From a virus (taxonomy: Duplodnaviria; Caudoviricetes): DNA of 51,559 nucleotides. The stretch is from the IMG/VR virus record IMGVR_UViG_3300021963_000176, positions 1 to 51,559 of that record; one strand, written 5' to 3'. The translations under genes were made by a program, and so were the position numbers. Shown one piece after another: positions 47,141 through 51,559 of the stretch (its first letter is position 1; the number at the start of each line of letters is the position of its first letter). The notes under the pieces were generated by a model. That model saw only the letters and a program-made list of their open reading frames with translations, made no database searches and was not told where the DNA came from.

Positions 47141-47401
47141 ATGAGAATTAGATTACTCGGAAGCGAGGCAGCATTATCTACTAGTAGTGGTAATACTTTT
47201 GGAAATGCGACATTAGTAAGATTAGTGAATCCTACTACTGGTGCTGTGGTAGTAACTCTCAATGAATCAGATGATTCGACTGCAGTAGGAACATTCACTA
47301 TTGCAGCAGGGCAGACAGAACTTCTGGAAAAAGAACCAGACCAAAGAGTTCGTGCTGCGAGCGCAAGTGTATTAGGTGTTAAAGTAGGTTACACTCACTA
47401 A
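47141..47401 (+). CDS. Conserved hypothetical protein, 86 aa, beta-rich
   Basis: LG.EA.L.......AT.VRL.N...GTFT......LEK...GVKVGY; family I recall following gp16 in cyanophages. Confidence 0.72.
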   Translation: MRIRLLGSEAALSTSSGNTFGNATLVRLVNPTTGAVVVTLNESDDSTAVGTFTIAAGQTELLEKEPDQRVRAASASVLGVKVGYTH

Positions 47402-47438
47402 TCATGGCACAGTTAGATAACATTATTGGATTAGTATA

Positions 47439-48149
47439 ATGTCAAATTTCATCTGGGACGAAAATTTTGCTCTAAACGTTGCCAGAGGCAAGGTTCGTGG
47501 AGCATCAGTAAGAAACTTATTTGGTTTCAACGCTTCAATTGGAACTACGATGAGAACAGTTTGGGAACTGGCAGATACAACTGCTTATGTATTCCCAACA
47601 TCTGCTCTGCCGATGACGATTGCCAGTGATATTGGCACGACAGCGGATGATGGAGTTCAGATAAGAATCTCTGGGGTTGATATCAACTTCCAAGAAATCA
47701 GTCAAGTTGTTACTATCAATAACGCTACTCCACCAGTAACACAAGGTTTCTATCGTATCAACGATATGATTACTGTTAGTGGTAATGCTACTGGCAATAT
47801 CACAGCAAAAAATAATGGCGTAACTTATGGCAGAATTACTGCTGGTCTTGGAAGAAACCAAGCAGCGATTTATACAGTGCCTGCTGGTTGTAGCTTCTAC
47901 CTGATGAGAATTGATGCCTTCATGAACGATGGGTCATCAGCAAAACCAGGACAATTCAGAAACAAAGTTACTCTACCAAACGGAACTATTCTCCGAGTTG
48001 CTGATACTCCATACATCAACCAGATGAATATTCTTCGTCGTATTCCATTTAGATATGATGAGAAGACAACCATTGAGTTGCAAATCAAATCATTATCAGG
48101 ATCAAACCTTGCTGGTGTATTTGCTGAAGGTATTGTAATTAAGGAGTAG
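47439..48149 (+). CDS. Hypothetical protein, 236 aa; probably structural, beta-sandwich
   Basis: L.VARG.V.G.....FG.N......TVW, FYRIN, G..QAAIYTVPAG...Y motifs of an uncharacterised phage family. Confidence 0.7.
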   Translation: MSNFIWDENFALNVARGKVRGASVRNLFGFNASIGTTMRTVWELADTTAYVFPTSALPMTIASDIGTTADDGVQIRISGVDINFQEISQVVTINNATPPVTQGFYRINDMITVSGNATGNITAKNNGVTYGRITAGLGRNQAAIYTVPAGCSFYLMRIDAFMNDGSSAKPGQFRNKVTLPNGTILRVADTPYINQMNILRRIPFRYDEKTTIELQIKSLSGSNLAGVFAEGIVIKE

Positions 48150-48153
48150 TAAA

Positions 48154-48906
48154 ATGAAAAAAAGAGTTCCTTCAGAAAAAGAAATTGCGCAGAAGCACGG
48201 CGTCTCTGTTGATTATGTTGTGCGTCAAGCAGAGATTGGTTCTACTGTAGAGCGGGAACATACCACTTCACATGAAGAAGCTTATGGAATCGCTCTGCAG
48301 CATATTGCAGAGTTCCCAGATTATTATGGGGGGTTATTAAAAATGGAAAAACAACTCAAGAAAAAATGGGAGGACGGTAAAAAAATGAACGAGAATCATA
48401 TCGATGTAGCAATGGGTAGAGAACTTGACGATGAAGGTTCTATGATTATGAACCAACTTGATGAACTTGAACACTACTGCGATATGCTTCGTCAGGTAGT
48501 AACAAGTCCAACTATGCAAGTTCCTGCTTGGGTTCAATCTAAAATTACATTAGCAACAGATTATCTTAACTCTGCTGCAATGTATATGTCAAGTAAAAAT
48601 GAAGAAGTTTATCCTGAACTAAATAAACTATCCTTTAAGGAGTTTATCGAACTTGACGAGGGGGCTGCCTGGACAAAAAAGTCTGGTAAGAGTTCCAGTG
48701 GGGGACTCAATGAAAAAGGACGTAAATCTTACGAGCGTGAGAATCCTGGAAGCGACCTTAAGGCACCTTCAAAAAAGGTTGGAAATCCCCGCAGGGCGTC
48801 GTTTTGTGCCAGAATGAAAGGAATGAAGAAGAAGTTAACTTCTAAAAAAACTGCTAAGGACCCAGATTCAAGAATTAATAAATCATTAAGAGCTTGGAAT
48901 TGTTAG
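48154..48906 (+). CDS. Three-domain hypothetical protein (DUF5661-like, helical, DUF6321-like); possible internal head polyprotein
   Basis: G..VE.EHT.....A..IAL.H..E.PDYY..L..ME; EG.M...QL...VPAWVQSKIT.A.DY; AW....GK...GGLN.KG..SY...NPGS.LK...RR.SFCARM. Confidence 0.75.
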   Translation: MKKRVPSEKEIAQKHGVSVDYVVRQAEIGSTVEREHTTSHEEAYGIALQHIAEFPDYYGGLLKMEKQLKKKWEDGKKMNENHIDVAMGRELDDEGSMIMNQLDELEHYCDMLRQVVTSPTMQVPAWVQSKITLATDYLNSAAMYMSSKNEEVYPELNKLSFKEFIELDEGAAWTKKSGKSSSGGLNEKGRKSYERENPGSDLKAPSKKVGNPRRASFCARMKGMKKKLTSKKTAKDPDSRINKSLRAWNC

Positions 48907-48907
48907 T

Positions 48908-49078
48908 ATGATTTGCACTATTGAAAATATTACTGATGAAGATATTACTGTGACTTTAAGTGGTGATACTAATTATCAACTTCTAAATGTACCAGCAAAA
49001 TCTTCTATACCAGTACAAATACCAGAAGGGTATAAAATATTTGGTGATTTAATGGCATTCAATATAACTAAACATTGA
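48908..49078 (+). CDS. Small hypothetical protein, 56 aa (not in the ORF track)
   Basis: MICTIENITDEDITVTLSGDTNYQLLNVPAKSSIPVQIPEGYKIFGDLMAFNITKH*; fills the gap exactly (1 nt after the previous stop, 9 nt before gp17). Confidence 0.6.
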   Translation: MICTIENITDEDITVTLSGDTNYQLLNVPAKSSIPVQIPEGYKIFGDLMAFNITKH

Positions 49079-49087
49079 TAAAATAAT

Positions 49088-50758
49088 ATGTCTCAGAATC
49101 AAGTATATAAAGGTTCGCCAAACCTTAAAGCAGCGAATGTGCAGATTCAATTTACTCCTGAGCAAATCGAGGAGTGGTTGAAGTGTAAAGATGATCCCGT
49201 ATATTTTACTAAACATTACATCAAAATTGTTTCTCTTGATGAAGGTCTAGTCCCTTTTGAAATGTGGGATTTTCAAGAGGATATGATTCGTAGGTTCCAC
49301 GAGAATCGTTTTAATATTGCAAAACTTCCTCGTCAGACAGGAAAATCCACTACAGTGGTTTCCTACCTCCTGCACTATGCTTTGTTCAATGATAACGTAA
49401 ACATAGGTATTCTTGCAAACAAACTGTCAACGTCCAGAGAACTGCTTGGCAGACTGCAGTTGGCATACGAGAATCTTCCAAAATGGATGCAACAAGGTAT
49501 TATTTCTTGGAACAAAGGTTCTCTAGAACTTGAAAATGGTTCCAAGATTATGGCAGCATCTACCTCCAGTTCTGCTGTCCGAGGAATGTCCTTCAATATT
49601 ATTTTCTTGGATGAATTTGCGTTCGTTCCGACTCATATTGCAGAACAGTTCTTTAGTTCAGTATATCCTACCATCTCATCTGGTAAATCTACCAAAGTTA
49701 TTATCATCTCCACGCCAAACGGGATGAATATGTTCTATAAACTTTGGCACGATGCTGAGCGTGGTAAGAACGAATATATTACCACAGAAGTTCACTGGTC
49801 TCAGGTTCCTGGTAGAGATGCCAAATGGAAAGAACAAACCATTGCAAACACTTCACAGAGACAGTTCACTCAAGAATTTGAATGCGAATTTCTTGGATCG
49901 GTTGATACTCTTATCTCGGCAAGCAAACTTCGCACAATGGTTTATGAAGATCCTCTTAAGGATAATGGTAAAGGACTAGTAGTTTACGAAGAACCAAAAG
50001 ATGAACATGATTATATCATGACTGTTGACGTTGCTCGTGGAGTAGGAAACGATTACTCTGCATTCTTGATTTTTGACATCACAAAATTTCCTTATAAATT
50101 AGTAGCAAGATATAAGAATAATGAAATTAAACCAATACTTTTTCCAAATGTTATTGTAGAACTTGCGAGGTCTTATAATAGAGCATATATTTTAACAGAG
50201 GTGAATGATATTGGTGACCAAGTTGCTGGGATGATTCACTTCGATCTTGAGTATGACCACGTACTTATGTGTGCTATGAGAGGTCGTGCTGGTCAGATTG
50301 TAGGTACAGGTTTCTCTGGAAAGAAAACACAGTTGGGGGTAAAGATGTCTAAGACCGTGAAGAAGGTTGGATGCCTCAACTTAAAGACATTTATTGAAGA
50401 CGATAAACTTGTCATTCCAGACTATGATACCATTGCAGAACTAACTACATTCATCCAGAAGAACAACTCATTTGAAGCAGAGGAAGGTTGTCACGATGAC
50501 CTTGCAATGTGTCTGGTAATATTCTGCTGGTTGGCAGTTCAAGATTATTTTAAAGAGATGACGGACAATGATGTTCGTCAAAGAATCTATGAAGAACAGA
50601 AAAATCAGATTGAACAAGATATGTCACCATTTGGATTTATCTCTGATGGCATCAATGATGAAGAGAAAAGTTTTGTTGATGTAGATGGAGACCGCTGGTA
50701 TCTAGATGAATACGGTGATGTAGCAAGCGAATTCACTTATATGGGAACTTACCTCTGA
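49088..50758 (+). CDS. gp17: Terminase large subunit gp17
   Basis: Walker A PRQTGKST, Walker B IIFLDEFAF, coupling motif ISTPNG, nuclease VDVARG.G.DYSA and GCHDDL.M. Confidence 0.97.
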   Translation: MSQNQVYKGSPNLKAANVQIQFTPEQIEEWLKCKDDPVYFTKHYIKIVSLDEGLVPFEMWDFQEDMIRRFHENRFNIAKLPRQTGKSTTVVSYLLHYALFNDNVNIGILANKLSTSRELLGRLQLAYENLPKWMQQGIISWNKGSLELENGSKIMAASTSSSAVRGMSFNIIFLDEFAFVPTHIAEQFFSSVYPTISSGKSTKVIIISTPNGMNMFYKLWHDAERGKNEYITTEVHWSQVPGRDAKWKEQTIANTSQRQFTQEFECEFLGSVDTLISASKLRTMVYEDPLKDNGKGLVVYEEPKDEHDYIMTVDVARGVGNDYSAFLIFDITKFPYKLVARYKNNEIKPILFPNVIVELARSYNRAYILTEVNDIGDQVAGMIHFDLEYDHVLMCAMRGRAGQIVGTGFSGKKTQLGVKMSKTVKKVGCLNLKTFIEDDKLVIPDYDTIAELTTFIQKNNSFEAEEGCHDDLAMCLVIFCWLAVQDYFKEMTDNDVRQRIYEEQKNQIEQDMSPFGFISDGINDEEKSFVDVDGDRWYLDEYGDVASEFTYMGTYL

Positions 50759-50770
50759 AATAGAGTAATT

Positions 50771-50778
50771 TATAAATA
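50771..50778 (+). promoter_or_regulatory. T4-type late promoter
   Basis: Exact TATAAATA before gp18. Confidence 0.82.
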
Positions 50779-50813
50779 AGTTTAGAATCAAATCTGAACT
50801 TTAGGGGTAAAAG

Positions 50814-51559
50814 ATGGCAACACAATTATCGCCAGGTATCATTGTTCAGGAGCGTGACCTTACTAATTCAAGGCTTCAGGAAACAATCACAAACGTTGGT
50901 GCTATTGCTGGTCCTTTCACAAAGGGTGAAGTCGGCGTAGCAAAATTAATCACCACTGAGAAAGACTTAGTAGAAACTTTTGGTAAACCAACCGCTGATA
51001 ACTTTGAGTGGTGGTTTACTGCGTCAGAGTTTCTGAACTACGGTGGTAATCTTCAAGTAGCAAGAATTTCTGATAGTAGCGCAAGCAACCTTACAAATGC
51101 TAATGCGACTGGTGCAACTGCAAGTGGCATTGCCAATGTTAAAGTAAATAGTATCAGTGAATATGAATCTAATGTAGAAGGTGTAACTCCAGGTTATAAA
51201 TTTGTAGCAAAAAATCCTGGCAGCTGGGGTAATGCACTTAGAGTTGCAGTAATCGACAGGGGTGCAGACCAAATTCTGACCCTTGCTTCTGGTGTTTCAT
51301 TTGCTGCTGGTGCAACCGTAACTGATGGCACGGCAACAGGTAAAGCATACGAGAGTAATGCAGGAGATACTACTCAAGTAGCAGTTATTTTAGATGCTGG
51401 TTCTGCTAATTTCACAACAACATCTGTAGTTTCTGGTTCTGCAGTATCAGCAGTAGCAGATTGGTATGATGAGCAGTATGCGATTGCTGGTTCAGTAAAA
51501 TGGAATTCAGTAGCTCCTCGTCCAGGAACTTCACCTTTTGCTGCAAGTAAAGGTGGTAA
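50814..51559 (+). CDS. gp18: Tail sheath protein gp18, 3'-truncated by the window edge (not in the ORF track)
   Basis: ATG 50814: MATQLSPGIIVQERDLT...GAIAGPFTKG....LITTEKDLVETFGKP...NFEWWFTASEFLNYGGNLQVAR...AKNPGSWGNAL; frame open to the window end. Confidence 0.95.
   Translation, partial: MATQLSPGIIVQERDLTNSRLQETITNVGAIAGPFTKGEVGVAKLITTEKDLVETFGKPTADNFEWWFTASEFLNYGGNLQVARISDSSASNLTNANATGATASGIANVKVNSISEYESNVEGVTPGYKFVAKNPGSWGNALRVAVIDRGADQILTLASGVSFAAGATVTDGTATGKAYESNAGDTTQVAVILDAGSANFTTTSVVSGSAVSAVADWYDEQYAIAGSVKWNSVAPRPGTSPFAASKGG

Noticed and set aside
49088-50758. Intein or intron in the large terminase or the giant ORFs
   Set aside because: gp17 has normal length with continuous motifs; I saw no splicing or homing-endonuclease signatures.
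525-51272. The many minus-strand and alternative-frame ORFs of 60-140 aa in the track
   Set aside because: Nearly all overlap long + strand genes, show compositions expected of shadow frames of Gly/Thr/Ser/Val-rich codons, and lack SD sites or recognisable motifs.
1-51559. Stop-codon reassignment, tRNA/rRNA genes, photosynthesis genes
   Set aside because: TAA, TAG and TGA all end conserved genes at expected positions; intergenic gaps are too short for tRNAs; no psbA, hli or similar genes recognised.

Overview
A single + strand, AT-rich, gene-dense stretch from the virion-morphogenesis module of a large T4-like myophage with the gene order of T4-like cyanophages (Kyanoviridae; the host is inferred, not proven). 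Order: end of a glycine-rich (ALK/LTK-type) gene; a small cluster behind a sigma70 promoter; baseplate gp25-gp6-gp7-gp8; a DUF4815/VrlC-like giant structural protein; a tail-fibre protein; a GT4 glycosyltransferase cassette with its own sigma70 promoter and terminator; an accessory fibre cluster (111, 234, 391, 2392, 62 and 2837 aa); neck and tail completion gp13-gp14-gp15; terminase gp16, four inserted ORFs, gp17; and the start of tail sheath gp18. T4-type late promoters (TATAAATA and variants) precede most structural units. The most unusual observations are four. (1) A candidate multivalent branched-fibre system: a 2392-aa repeat scaffold with twelve triple-[D/N]YG modules, a stand-alone Mtd N-terminal adaptor, a giant lectin-like protein and an abundant 391-aa subunit. 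(2) A phycobiliprotein-like helical domain, keeping the chromophore Cys-x-Arg-Asp motif, inside baseplate gp7. (3) A pervasive S-G-x-T motif in virion proteins next to a phage glycosyltransferase, a possible glycosylation sequon. (4) Late promoters built into intrinsic terminators, and a compact pseudoknot-like leader RNA. All calls come from motif recognition by eye; no searches were run.
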